Shown here: one piece after another, positions 45,478-56,900 of the stretch
Numbering within the stretch: position 1 is the stretch's first letter
How the letters are laid out: each line of letters opens with the position of its first letter
Source of the DNA: a virus
IMG/VR virus record: IMGVR_UViG_3300044633_000521
Reading direction: 5' to 3' (one strand)
DNA length: 64,000 bases
The notes under the pieces: model-generated
Databases searched by the model: none
Seen by the model: only the letters and a program-made list of their open reading frames with translations
What the model was told of the DNA's origin: nothing
Program-made: the position numbers and the translations under genes

Positions 45478-46944
45478 TTAACTATTTAATTTAACTATTG
45501 CTTCTACTGTGCCTTCGCCGTCAGTAGTTTTGTCTGTTAGTGCGCGACCGATAACGTTAAATGCTGTCATTTCACTACGGTTCGCAGCACGTGCGCGGCC
45601 TTGGCCAGCACTTACCAAACGATCACCTTTCTTAACCTTACCAACTACAAGAACTGGCACACGACCATTTACAGCAATCGGTGGATGTGTTTGATCAGTA
45701 CCTGCTGTACCATTCATTAAGAATGCAGCTTTTGTACTTATAACGCCAAACACTGCTTCCGACAATTCTTGAACTGCGGCTGTAACTTCTTTAATGCCGC
45801 CTAATTCAACTACTGTACCAGCTGGATATGGTTGATCTGCTTCAAAGCGTTCTGCCAAGTCAGCGTATTGTGCTTGTACTGATGTACCGATAAAGCTAAC
45901 CGCATATACGTTAGCAAACTTGCTAGTCACTGAACCAATGTTAATTGTCGCATTACTTGTTGGCAGCAATGATGTTGATACTGTTGCTTTGGCTAAAATC
46001 GCTGTGCCGCTAACTGTTAAATTAGCTGACACTGTTTGACTAGAACTTACAGTTAAGCTGCCTGGGATAGTAACTGCTCTAGTAGTGCCAGTAATTTGAA
46101 TTGCTGGCTGACTTGTACTACCTTGTTTAATATAAATGTTTAGATCGGCATCATTAACTGTGCCTACTAGATTTACAGCACTACTAGCATAGTTGATATT
46201 GAAGTTATCGCTAGAACCAACATAAAAACCAGTGTTATTTTGTACTTTAAAAGTAGCATTAGTTGTTTCATTGGTGTCTTTCTTAAGGAAATTACTAGCT
46301 GTAAATCCTTGTAGAGTTAATGCGTTACTTGCGTCACCTGTAAATTGTGCGCCAGTAACTGTTGATGTACTTACCAGATTAAAACCTGGTTTTACATTAG
46401 CAAATCCATTGATAGTTGTTTGTGGTGAAAATGTGCTGTCTTTGCTTAATATACCAACTACAGTATTACTAATATAGAATTTAACTATAACATGACTTCC
46501 AGAACTACTGTCTGAAACTGTTTCAACGATAGCACCTGAAGTACCTGCTGTGCTAGTATACGCTGGGCCAATAGTTGTCCAAGTACTGCCGCTCCACACT
46601 TTTAACTGTGCTGACGCACTGTCCCACCATAGGTCACCTGTTACAGGATTTGCTGGATTTGTGCTGCCGCTGGCTGAGCTAGATATAGGTTTCCAAACAC
46701 TTCCGTCATACACTTTTAGTACGCTGTTTGCGCTGTCAAACCATAGTTGACCTTTAATAGCATAGCTTGGCGCACTGCCGCTTGAGAAATTCTCTAGCAA
46801 CTTAACATAGTTTTCATTTAAGAAAACACCATACCCGGCATAGTTTTTACCAATTAGTGTTAAACTTGTACTGGTGTTGTTAACGGTACCATCTGCAATT
46901 GTAGCTAATGTTGTTCCAGATGTTGTAGTTATTGTATATGACAT
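45478..46944 (-). CDS. Baseplate/tail-fibre protein with C-terminal YADLAE (peptidase G2-like chaperone) domain
   Basis: L.GKNY.GYG...EN...LLENF and GQLWFD/GDLWWD repeats; YADLAE...GVIST...GRVPV...KGDRLV C-terminus. Confidence 0.75.
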   Translation of the reverse strand: MSYTITTTSGTTLATIADGTVNNTSTSLTLIGKNYAGYGVFLNENYVKLLENFSSGSAPSYAIKGQLWFDSANSVLKVYDGSVWKPISSSASGSTNPANPVTGDLWWDSASAQLKVWSGSTWTTIGPAYTSTAGTSGAIVETVSDSSSGSHVIVKFYISNTVVGILSKDSTFSPQTTINGFANVKPGFNLVSTSTVTGAQFTGDASNALTLQGFTASNFLKKDTNETTNATFKVQNNTGFYVGSSDNFNINYASSAVNLVGTVNDADLNIYIKQGSTSQPAIQITGTTRAVTIPGSLTVSSSQTVSANLTVSGTAILAKATVSTSLLPTSNATINIGSVTSKFANVYAVSFIGTSVQAQYADLAERFEADQPYPAGTVVELGGIKEVTAAVQELSEAVFGVISTKAAFLMNGTAGTDQTHPPIAVNGRVPVLVVGKVKKGDRLVSAGQGRARAANRSEMTAFNVIGRALTDKTTDGEGTVEAIVKLNS

Positions 46945-46986
46945 ATTTGTAACCTATTTAATATTATATTATTTATCTTAAGCATA

Positions 46987-48342
46987 TTAGGAGTATTGAA
47001 ACCAGAAATCGCCGTCGTTTGATCCACTATCATTTACACCTGCTAGTGGAGCACTAGTACTTACAAATTTAGCACTGCCGCCCCACCATTGTGTGGCTGA
47101 TTTTACATAACTCGTTGTTGCTACGCTAGCATTACCGGCTTCGTTGTATATTTGGGGTTGTTGAATTGCTGTGGCGCCATTTTTTAAACTAATGCCACTG
47201 GCACTACCAGTTAACACCTGTACACCATCAATAACTGCTTCAATACTACCCGGCCCTGCTCCGGTGTCAGTTACTTGTATATAACTATCATTACCATAAA
47301 TTTTATATAAACTTATTGAATTCTGCACAAAAGCAGTAGTAGCTAGTTGTGTAGTGTTTGTTCCGGTAGTTGCTGTAGGCGCTGTAGGAGTGCCTAATAA
47401 ATTAGAATCTGTAAAGCTATCGTCTACATACTGTTTAGTTGCTATGCCTGTAGCAGTTGTTGGGTCATCACTAACCTCAACAGCGCCAGTTAACCCGTTA
47501 ACGTATATAGAACGTGTTAAAACTCCGCCTACGTTAGCATAAACACTAATATCACCGTCTGATGATTGGTTAGTAATAGCAACATCTGTACCAGCGACAG
47601 TAATAGCCAAATCACTCCCGGATCCCACAACAATACCATTATCGTTGTTGATTGTTAGTGATCCGATCGACGTATTGTCTATATCAGTTCTAAGATAATT
47701 AGCAGCAACTACTCCGCCTAAATAGTTTGCGTTATTTGCTGTAACGTAGAATGTTCCACTGTTAATACTAGTATTAGCTGTTAATCCTTGCTGTACAACA
47801 GCATAGCCTGGAATAGCCGGGGAAGGTGTAAAGACTGTGTCTCTGCTGATAATACTTGTACGAGCATTGTTTAAATAGATACTAAGAACCTGATGATTTA
47901 TTGAACCGTCACTGATTGTTTCCCAGATAGCACCACTCTTGCCGTTTAATTTACTGTAGGCTGGGCCAATTAAAATCCAACTAGATCCATTGTAACCCGA
48001 TAGTTGATCATTGATAGTATCCCACCATAGGTCGCCTGTGATTGCGCCGGCCGGGGCACTGGTATCAGCAGTCGCCGAACTAATGTTCTTCCATAAGCTA
48101 CCAGTGTAAACTTTTAAGCGAGTTAAACTGGTGTCCCACCAAATTTGCCCTGCTAGTGGGTTACTTGGACTTGAACCGTAGGCAAAATTCTCTACTAATG
48201 CTACTAGATTATCGGTCATAATCTGACCGTAGTTGCTATAGTTACGACCAACTAATGTTAAACTAGTAGATGCTATATCTACTGTACCGTCTAATATAGT
48301 GCCTAACGTTGTTCCGTCTGTTTTTCTTATAATGTACGACAT
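46987..48342 (-). CDS. Baseplate/tail-fibre protein, paralog of 45478..46944
   Basis: Same N-terminal domain; ATKQYVD and GTPTAPTA...TTQLATTAFV fibre motifs. Confidence 0.75.
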   Translation of the reverse strand: MSYIIRKTDGTTLGTILDGTVDIASTSLTLVGRNYSNYGQIMTDNLVALVENFAYGSSPSNPLAGQIWWDTSLTRLKVYTGSLWKNISSATADTSAPAGAITGDLWWDTINDQLSGYNGSSWILIGPAYSKLNGKSGAIWETISDGSINHQVLSIYLNNARTSIISRDTVFTPSPAIPGYAVVQQGLTANTSINSGTFYVTANNANYLGGVVAANYLRTDIDNTSIGSLTINNDNGIVVGSGSDLAITVAGTDVAITNQSSDGDISVYANVGGVLTRSIYVNGLTGAVEVSDDPTTATGIATKQYVDDSFTDSNLLGTPTAPTATTGTNTTQLATTAFVQNSISLYKIYGNDSYIQVTDTGAGPGSIEAVIDGVQVLTGSASGISLKNGATAIQQPQIYNEAGNASVATTSYVKSATQWWGGSAKFVSTSAPLAGVNDSGSNDGDFWFQYS

Positions 48343-48356
48343 GGTTTTATCCTAAT

Positions 48357-49043
48357 TTATATACTGCTCAAATTCGTTAATGTTTGGATACGCACTGTAT
48401 AATCGATTTGGATCAATCTGTTCAGTGATTTTTGTACTGGGCTAAAAATCACATGTGTAAGTAATGGGCCTGTTCCTTCACCGCTAGGTCCCCAACCTTT
48501 TAATCCTAGTTCGTCAAATACGAACTGTCCGTTAATATCTTGACTATTATCGAATACAGCCTGGCCACTTGGCTCGCCGTAGTCTAATAGACAACTTACT
48601 ATAATGTCACTGTATATCTGACCAGGTACGTGTGTAATTTCTATTTTATTTCTTAACGGATCACTGTTGGCCGCGTTAGTATCATCTACGATTTTATAGT
48701 ATTGTGGACTATACAAGTCGGCATTTTGTACGTTAGTATTGGTTGGCAAGTATGTAATAACACCAGTGGGGTCAACTGTAGTACCACCATTACCAAAGTG
48801 CATTTCTGTAATAAAGTTGGTACCTTTATTACTTAGACTATAGGCAATGGCTTCACTCATGTTTTCATAGTGAATTGCGTTACGTTTGTCAACAAATACT
48901 TCTTTAGTTTCGGGATCAAATATTTTAATATGACCCTGAATATGTATGCCGCCGCGTTCATCTGGTTGCTTTTTAGATTGAAAATTTGTTGAATTAAAAT
49001 TCATTTTAGTATCCATACTCTTATTTATTTCGTTGTCTTTCAT
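48357..49043 (-). CDS. Virion structural (baseplate-associated) protein
   Basis: GHIKI.D, NAIH.EN, FGNGG, FDELGL and THVIF.PVQKSLNR motifs; lies in the structural block. Confidence 0.65.
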   Translation of the reverse strand: MKDNEINKSMDTKMNFNSTNFQSKKQPDERGGIHIQGHIKIFDPETKEVFVDKRNAIHYENMSEAIAYSLSNKGTNFITEMHFGNGGTTVDPTGVITYLPTNTNVQNADLYSPQYYKIVDDTNAANSDPLRNKIEITHVPGQIYSDIIVSCLLDYGEPSGQAVFDNSQDINGQFVFDELGLKGWGPSGEGTGPLLTHVIFSPVQKSLNRLIQIDYTVRIQTLTNLSSI

Positions 49044-49047
49044 TAGT

Positions 49048-50985
49048 TTAGCCGCCTAGTAATTTGATCCGTTCCGCCAATTGGTTTAGAGCGTCTGATA
49101 CTGTATAAACATTACTAGTCCAATTTAATGAATTAGCCATGGTAAATGCTACGTTGCCCTCTATACTACCAGTGACTGGTATGGTTAAATTACCAGTATC
49201 AGCAAACTGCCAATGATGTGTAACAGAATTGGTAGAATTATGAACACTTATGTTTGCTGATGTAGTTTGAATTGTATATCCATGGACGATGTTAGCATTA
49301 GCACTTGGAGCTGCTACATACGCTGACCCACTTGCTGGAGCAATCAATAACGCAGAAGTTGGGGTATCTACTACACGACTACCATTTACAAAATTAATAG
49401 CTGTAAATGTTGTCGTACCGTTGGTAATATTAGTAATAGAGCCTGCTTGTACTGCAGCATTTGATACTAAGCTACTTATAGTAGTTTGTTGAGCAGCCGC
49501 ATTACTTGTTAACGAACCAACTGCTGACTGGAGTACCGCAATATTACCAGATTGAACTGCAGCATTACTAGATAATGTAGCAACGTTTGCAGACACATTG
49601 GCGATACTGTTAGTCAATGTTACACTTAAGTTCGCATCACTACCCAACGCAGTAGCCAATTCGTTTAGAGTATCTAATGTACTAGGCGCGCCGCCAACTA
49701 ACGCAGCAATGTTGGCTGTAATTTTACTATCGACGTAACCCTTCATTGCGGTATTGGCGGTTGTAATGTCTGAACTGACGTTGGCTATTAGGCCGCTTTG
49801 TACTCCGGCGTTAGCAGTTATGTTAGCAATTAAGCCCGCTTGTACCGCAGCATTTGATGTTAATATAACTACATTACTTTGTAAAATTGTAACGTTAGAT
49901 TGTAGACTGCTAATATTGCTAGAGTGGATGATGTCATTTGCTTGTAGATTAGAACCTGTTTGAGACACAACACTTACGTCTGATTGGAGTTGTGCTACGT
50001 TGGCTTCGAGCCCGCTGATATCTCCTAAAGAACTAATCAATCCTGCCTGTACTGCGGCGTTACTTGTTAGTGTAGCAATTAAGCCGGCCTGTACTGCAGC
50101 GTTACTTTCTAGATCACTTATTTGACCTGTATGTACGCCCACTGCTGAGAACAAAGCTTCAACGTTTGCTTCAATTCCACTAGCATCACCTAATATAGCT
50201 ACGTTAGCTTCTAATCCAGCAATCAATCCTGCCTGTACTGCGGCGTTACTTGCTAGTGTAGCAACATTGCTCTGTAGTATGGCTATTGAGTCACTCTGGC
50301 TACCAGCATTAGCTAATAATGTAGTAAGCGCACCTGCTTGTATAGCTGCGTTGCTGGTTAAGACACTCAATTCTCCCGCTTGTACTGAAGCGTTAGCTGT
50401 CAGTGTTGCGAGCTCGCCCGCTTGTACAGCAGCATTACTTGTTAAACTAGCAAGTGTACCTGCTTGTACTGCGGCATTGCTGGTTAGTGTAGCAAGTTCT
50501 CCAGACTGAGCACCAGCATTACTTGTTAGTGTTCCCAATTCACCTGCTTGTAAAGCAGCATTTGCTGTGAGTGTTGTCAAAATTCCAGATTGTGTAGCAG
50601 CATTAGCTTGTAAGACTGCTATTTCGCCCGACTTAACTGCTAGGTTACTGTAAATGTCTGCTATCGCGCCCGCTTGTACTGCGGCATTACTAGTTAAGTC
50701 AGCGATTAATCCACCTTGTACTGCGGCGTTGCTAGTCAAGTTAGCGATAGCACCTGCTTGTACTGCGGCATTGCTAGTTAGTGTAGTAATACTGTCCGCT
50801 TGCGCCCCAGCATTGGCTGTGAGATTTGCTAGGTCAACTCCAGCTGGACCTATAATATAATTTGTTAATTGTGTTACATTACCTCGTACTGTGGTTAATG
50901 TTCCGGCTACGTTACTAACCAAAGGTATTAGTATATTACCTAATATCGTAGGTGCGCTGGTTAGTTGGCTAATCTTAATTGTCAT
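49048..50985 (-). CDS. Long coiled-coil fibre protein with 14-aa repeats
   Basis: N-terminal KISQL; LTSNAAVQAGxIxx repeats; GAP.TLDTL.ELA.AL fibre motif. Confidence 0.8.
   Translation of the reverse strand: MTIKISQLTSAPTILGNILIPLVSNVAGTLTTVRGNVTQLTNYIIGPAGVDLANLTANAGAQADSITTLTSNAAVQAGAIANLTSNAAVQGGLIADLTSNAAVQAGAIADIYSNLAVKSGEIAVLQANAATQSGILTTLTANAALQAGELGTLTSNAGAQSGELATLTSNAAVQAGTLASLTSNAAVQAGELATLTANASVQAGELSVLTSNAAIQAGALTTLLANAGSQSDSIAILQSNVATLASNAAVQAGLIAGLEANVAILGDASGIEANVEALFSAVGVHTGQISDLESNAAVQAGLIATLTSNAAVQAGLISSLGDISGLEANVAQLQSDVSVVSQTGSNLQANDIIHSSNISSLQSNVTILQSNVVILTSNAAVQAGLIANITANAGVQSGLIANVSSDITTANTAMKGYVDSKITANIAALVGGAPSTLDTLNELATALGSDANLSVTLTNSIANVSANVATLSSNAAVQSGNIAVLQSAVGSLTSNAAAQQTTISSLVSNAAVQAGSITNITNGTTTFTAINFVNGSRVVDTPTSALLIAPASGSAYVAAPSANANIVHGYTIQTTSANISVHNSTNSVTHHWQFADTGNLTIPVTGSIEGNVAFTMANSLNWTSNVYTVSDALNQLAERIKLLGG
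49440..50830 (-). repeat. Degenerate 42-bp coding tandem repeat (LTSNAAVQAGxxxx)
   Basis: Recurrent gcttgtactgcggcattactagtt-like units on the plus strand; about 13 contiguous copies at 50280-50830 plus dispersed copies. Confidence 0.85.
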
Positions 50986-50987
50986 TT

Positions 50988-53900
50988 CTATTCCTCAATA
51001 ATTATATTATCGTCTTCAGTGGTTATTATATTTACCGCATCTTCAGTCACTATACCCACATTGTAGGTTGCTGGTGCTCCTTTTAAGAACAATACCTGTT
51101 CCGAGCTACTATCAATTTCAAATGACCCTGCTGTAACGTTTGAGGCCACTAAGCTCCAAACATTTGCTATCACCAATTCAACATTAGAACTAACATTAAC
51201 ATTACCAGCAATACTTACTTCGCCTGACAGGCTAGCAAACAACGGATAAACATTTGATTGCTGACCATTTACATATATTCCAGACAGCAAGTAGTCTACA
51301 GGATTTGCAGTTTCTATTATAGGTTTAACATTAGCGTCAACGCCGTTGATTAAAATATTGCCGCCAGCTAAATCAAAACTGTACAAACTACCGAGTACCA
51401 CAACAACATTTGGGTCTGAGGTAACATTTGCTTGAACAATAACATTAGCATTGCTACCAATTTGTGTTATATAGCTGCCCACCGGAGCTGTGATGTCGCC
51501 GTCCATTTGTACTACAACATTACTGTAGGCAAATGTATTTGCGGTATTATAGATATACGATACTATTGTTACATTTCTATCTGTCGCAATATGTGGAACA
51601 ATCCCTACATTAGACCATACGTTTCCAGAGTACGTAGAATCTATTAATTCTACACCGTTGATTGCTAGGTTGCCAGTAATAGTTTCAAAAGATCCAGTTA
51701 AGTATTCTATACTAACAGATGTTACTGAATTAGCATCAGCTGTTACAATTACATTAGTACCAGTCGTTGCCTGTGTGATATAATCACCAACATTAGCAGT
51801 AATCACTTTATTTAATACTATCGTTTCCTCTAACACCGGATCAGCTGCTGAAACTGTAATATTAGCGCCTGATGTTGCTTGTGTAAGAATATCTCCCACT
51901 TTAGGTGTTACGTTACCACTGAGTCTCAATTGATATGATGGTGTATCTGTTACATGATAAACGTTTTCTATAGCCAGTACACTAGTACTAGCCGTAATGT
52001 TACCACCAACTACAGTTTGTCCTATTAGTATATTAGCAACGTTGCTCGACGTAGCAGTAGTGATACTAACTACATTGCTATTAGCGATGATACTTGCGTT
52101 AGCTACAATATATCCGCCAATTGTCAATGATGTAGTTTCTGTTGCTAGAGCAACATTACTTAGAATTAGCGCAACATCTGACCCTACTCCGATACTAGTC
52201 GAAGGGGCAGCATTTGGAATCAACTGCCTATCACTGGCATCAACTACTAGTGTGCCTGCTGGGTGTACAATCGGCATACCAGTACCTTGCGTACCTCGAC
52301 GAATTTGTCCTAAGGTGTTAGTTACCAAGTCAATTGTCCAATACGTTATACGCTCGCCGTCGATAAAGATCACTCCAGGTATCCCCGCTAATGTATCGGG
52401 GGTACTTAATTTAGCAGCATCAACTACTAAAATCTCTGTGTCTGTAATTGCCAACTCCGTAGCCAACACTGTTGAATATGCGTCAGCAATACGCAAGAAG
52501 CTAGTTTCGTTGATAATACTATTAAACAATGGATAGCTACGATTAAAAATTCTATAACCTAAGATGTCAACATTGCCGTTAATTTTAGTATACACTTGTA
52601 TATCTAAGGTTTCTAGCAATACTCCAGGAATTAATTCTTCCGGAGCATGACTTGAATATGTGTCAACATACGCACCACCATCTACATTAATATCTTCTGG
52701 GCGTAGGCCGATATTAGCATCTAAATATGAGCTAGTTATTTGAGTATCAATCCCCGCTGTGCTTACAATAGGGTTACCGTCTTCGTCATAATCAACTTGA
52801 TCAAACGCACCTGTGTCAAACGGATTAGCATCAGCATAACTAGAATACGCAGAATCTGTGGTATTAACAAATTCTACGTCAGTAATAAGCACGCCTACTA
52901 CTGCTCCATTAATATTAATATTACCTGCGGTAGTGTCAAACTTAGCAGTACTGTTAAGTATACCTATAACGCTGATTACTGAGTCGCCACCGCTGGTTAC
53001 TTTAATGTTAGCATCTTCAATACTGCTAATTGACGTTGGAACAACTCCAACATTTGACCATGACCAAGGTGCTGTATTAGCTGCGCTAGCTATGTTACCC
53101 CAGGTTGATATTTCTACAGGATTACTATTAACAGCAATGTTGCTACTGTTTAAATCAAAGTCTATTAGATTATTGCGAACAATATAAACTTGATTTGATG
53201 TGCCTGATGGGTGTATATTGCTACTAAACACTGTAGCACTAGCCGTAACTGTTGCGTTGGATTGTGGACTATATGTTTGTGTGATTACATCTCCAGCAGC
53301 AAGCGCAAGAGAACTACTTAATGTTAATAGATTGTCTGGTCCAGGTTGAGTAATTATGTTACCGCTATCGGCACTAATTGGTGTATCAAATGTTAATTTA
53401 ACCAACACCTTGCCAGTGAAACCAGGTTGTTGATTAAATCCTAACCCAGTAACCTGTACTCCAGGATATTCTACACCATATAATAATTGTTTAAGATCTT
53501 TAGCCGGCATATTATTAGAAGGACTATAATAAGCCATGATACGATCATTAGCATTACTAAAGTCTGCCGGAGCATAAACTGTAAAGTCATTGCTATTAAA
53601 CACTGCCGTACCTTGTGGAAGGGAGGCGTTTACACTATACCCTACTCCGCCGTAACTTACAATCTCACCAGCCAAATATGATGTATTAGCGGTCCATTCA
53701 CGAACCGCAGTATCATACCCCACACGATCAAATTTCATTGTTGTACTGATACTACGCACTTGATTATTTTTTAATACAGCGTAGGCTCTTGCCGGTACAT
53801 CACAACTACCGTTTACAATTATTTGTGGTGTTGTGTCATATCCGTAGCCGTTTGTTAAAACAGTAATACTAGTAACTGTACCAGTATCAGCGTCAAACGT

Positions 53901-56900
53901 TGCTTCAGCTGTGGCCGCTGTAAACGCGAATTCTTGGAATGTTACTATTCCGTTTACACTATTGATATTTGCCACATCAAGAGTTACAATTAACCCAACA
54001 ATGTTAGTAACTTTGGCGCTAACACCTAAACCAGTACCTATAGCAGTGTATCCAGTCCGTATACCCACCGTATTATCAACAGTAATAGTATACTCACCTG
54101 TCTTGCCCGTAGCCTCAACACTTACTCCGTGACCACTAATAATGCTTATACTAGGTTGACTTACATAGCCACTTCCGGGATCTTCAACGATAATAGATTC
54201 AATTTGATGGTTTCTATTAGTATACCATTGGTTATATTCTTGAGTTTGCCATAATTGATGATCTTGGCCTGAACGCTCACCACTAGGACTACGGAACATT
54301 TTCATAGTTGTGTCGTAGTATGAGGGCAAATCAAAGTCAGATACGCTGCCTAAGAACTCGTCAGAACTATTATAGTTAATTAAATATTCACGTATTTTTG
54401 TAGCATACGGTTTAACTTCGTTGATATAATCTTCGTAGTACGTTTGGTTATCTTTGATATAGTTAGGAAATTGTGTTAGTCCGCGCAATTGATGAACCAC
54501 ACTCACAAAACTAGTTTTAAACATCCAATCAATATATTTTTGTTCAGTGAATACATAGTTTACTAATGTAAAAAAGAACTCATTAAATTTGCCATTTAGT
54601 TGACCAGTAAATATGCTATCTTTAAGAGCTGTAATAATATTTCGTATTTCTATACTAGGCACATCTGTAGTAACAGTTAACGTATCAATATTAAATTGTA
54701 GTGTTCCGTTCTGTATACCTACAACATTAAACACACCTGCGCTGTCAACAGCAATCAATTGCCATTGGCCGTCACTAGCATTGTTTACTTTAATAATATC
54801 GTCAGCCGCATATGGTAATTTTTTAGCATCAACTAACGTATCTGCTACATACGTGGCTTTAGTTAAACTACTATAACCAGTAGAGTACCAATCAACATAA
54901 TCCCAAAACAAACTAGTTTTATAACTTTGTGTTTGTGTCAATGTCCATGTTTTATTATCTGCTAAAGTATGTAATGTCCACAAACTTTGTAAACTAGTGT
55001 TGTTTAATACCAACACCTTATACCCAACAGTTAGTGGTTGTGTATCAATATATAACAATGCTTCTTCTGTATCAACACTTTGATCATATGCGCTCAGTTT
55101 GATATTAGGAATATCTTCCTGGGCGGTTAATAACGTTAGATCAAATTGGCGAGCAATAGGGTAATCAACAAACAAAGAATTAACCCAAGTAAGCGCAGAG
55201 GTTAGGGCAGTCACTCTATCAACAAACATAGCTTGACGGGGTCTAAAAGCAATACCGTAACGATCAGCTACACTTAAATTGGGATCTGGCACTACTGCGC
55301 CGCTGCCATCTTGGCCCGACAAACTGTCTACCAATTTCCTTATAATTTTAGTTGGAATTTCATTTGTAGGATTGTCTTTCTGTACTAATTCATATTCACT
55401 ATGAATAATGTTAGTATTTTTCTTTAAGGCATAATCGATGTGTAGGATAGTATCCGACGCTGATAGATAGTCAGCTACGTTATAAACAATCACTGCGTTA
55501 GAGGCTACAATTGCCGCGTAGGCTGTGCCATTACTTTTAGGATTTTCGATTAAGTTTTGTATAGTTGAAATTGGCAATGTTCTGATGCTGTTAGGAGCAT
55601 CCATTGTTACTTTGTCTTTAACCCAGAAATAATATTTTTGTGTGATAGTTAAACTATCAACAAAGGTTGTGCTCACATACGCACTATCATCTGCGTACAG
55701 CGGGGTGCCATCATATCCTGCAGTCACATACCGGCTTGGCAATACTGTACTTTCAACCCACTCTAACACTTCAATAGTGCTTCCTGGGAAGAAATTACCC
55801 CAGTTGATACTACGGTATGTTAGGGTGTCTTGCTCATAATCAACTAGTCTAACTTTGCCTAAATTCCACCACACTTGGCCGACTTGGTTTTGTCCCCAGT
55901 AGATGTCTGGATTTATATCAAGATCAGCATTAAATCCTTGATTATAAAGTGCCGGATCCCATGCTGTTTTATATGTAATGTCTTGTTCAGCTTGACCTAG
56001 AATCTTGCCCTTAGCAGGATCAATAAATTCTAAGTTAGTTAAAATACTATTTGTTTTTTTGTTGTAGATGTATAAACGTGTAACGCTTTCAATATCGACT
56101 TTTGGTTGTTGCCAGCGAATTAATTTCCACCCACGTGTTCTTGCTGGATTGCTAAACAAGTAAATACTGCCCGCATCACGAGCAGTAGTGTCGTCTTTAG
56201 GGGCAGTAACTAAAATGTAGTCGCCGATAATATCAATGGCTGCGCCAAACTGGTCAATAGGATTTAAATCACCCGGATCAATTTGTTGATTGTATTGATA
56301 ACGTCCCGGATGTTCAACGTCGTCACGTGGATCATCATATAGTTCATAGGTGTATACACTACCACTGCCTTTAATTTTATCGTACACACCCGTAGTGTTA
56401 CTGTCAAAATAGGTAACTTCATTATCAAATGTAGTATAACGTTTTGTGGTGCCTCGTTCGCTAGCAATCAATAGCATATAAGCATTACGAGCTAAAATAA
56501 CTTTAGTACCAAAATACTCATTGGCCGCACCGAGTGGATTAGTAATAATCTGCATGAATGCGAAAATAGCCATATCAGCATCAGCATAAACTGTACCACT
56601 TGCTGACAAAATACGCAAACGATTTTTTGCTACTGTTTTATCACTGTTTAATCTTAAGTAACCGTTTTCGTTAACTGCTGTGATACCTAATAGGTTAGCA
56701 TCATTGATATCTTGTACTAGGCTGTCTAGACTTGTTCCAGATACCGTAATCTCAAAGTTGTCTAAACGAATTTTGTCACCCGGCGTAAATGTTGGGTTCT
56801 TAGCATAGCCGGTGTTAGTACCATAAAGTGTACCGCGGTTGTGGAATTTCCAAACAGCACCAGTGTTATACGATGTATCTTTGTTATAATATGGGGCACC

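Noticed and set aside
49440-50830. Regular ~42-bp repeats as a CRISPR array
   Set aside because: Units are degenerate at third codon positions, in frame within a long ORF, and have no unique 30-40 bp spacers; no cas genes.
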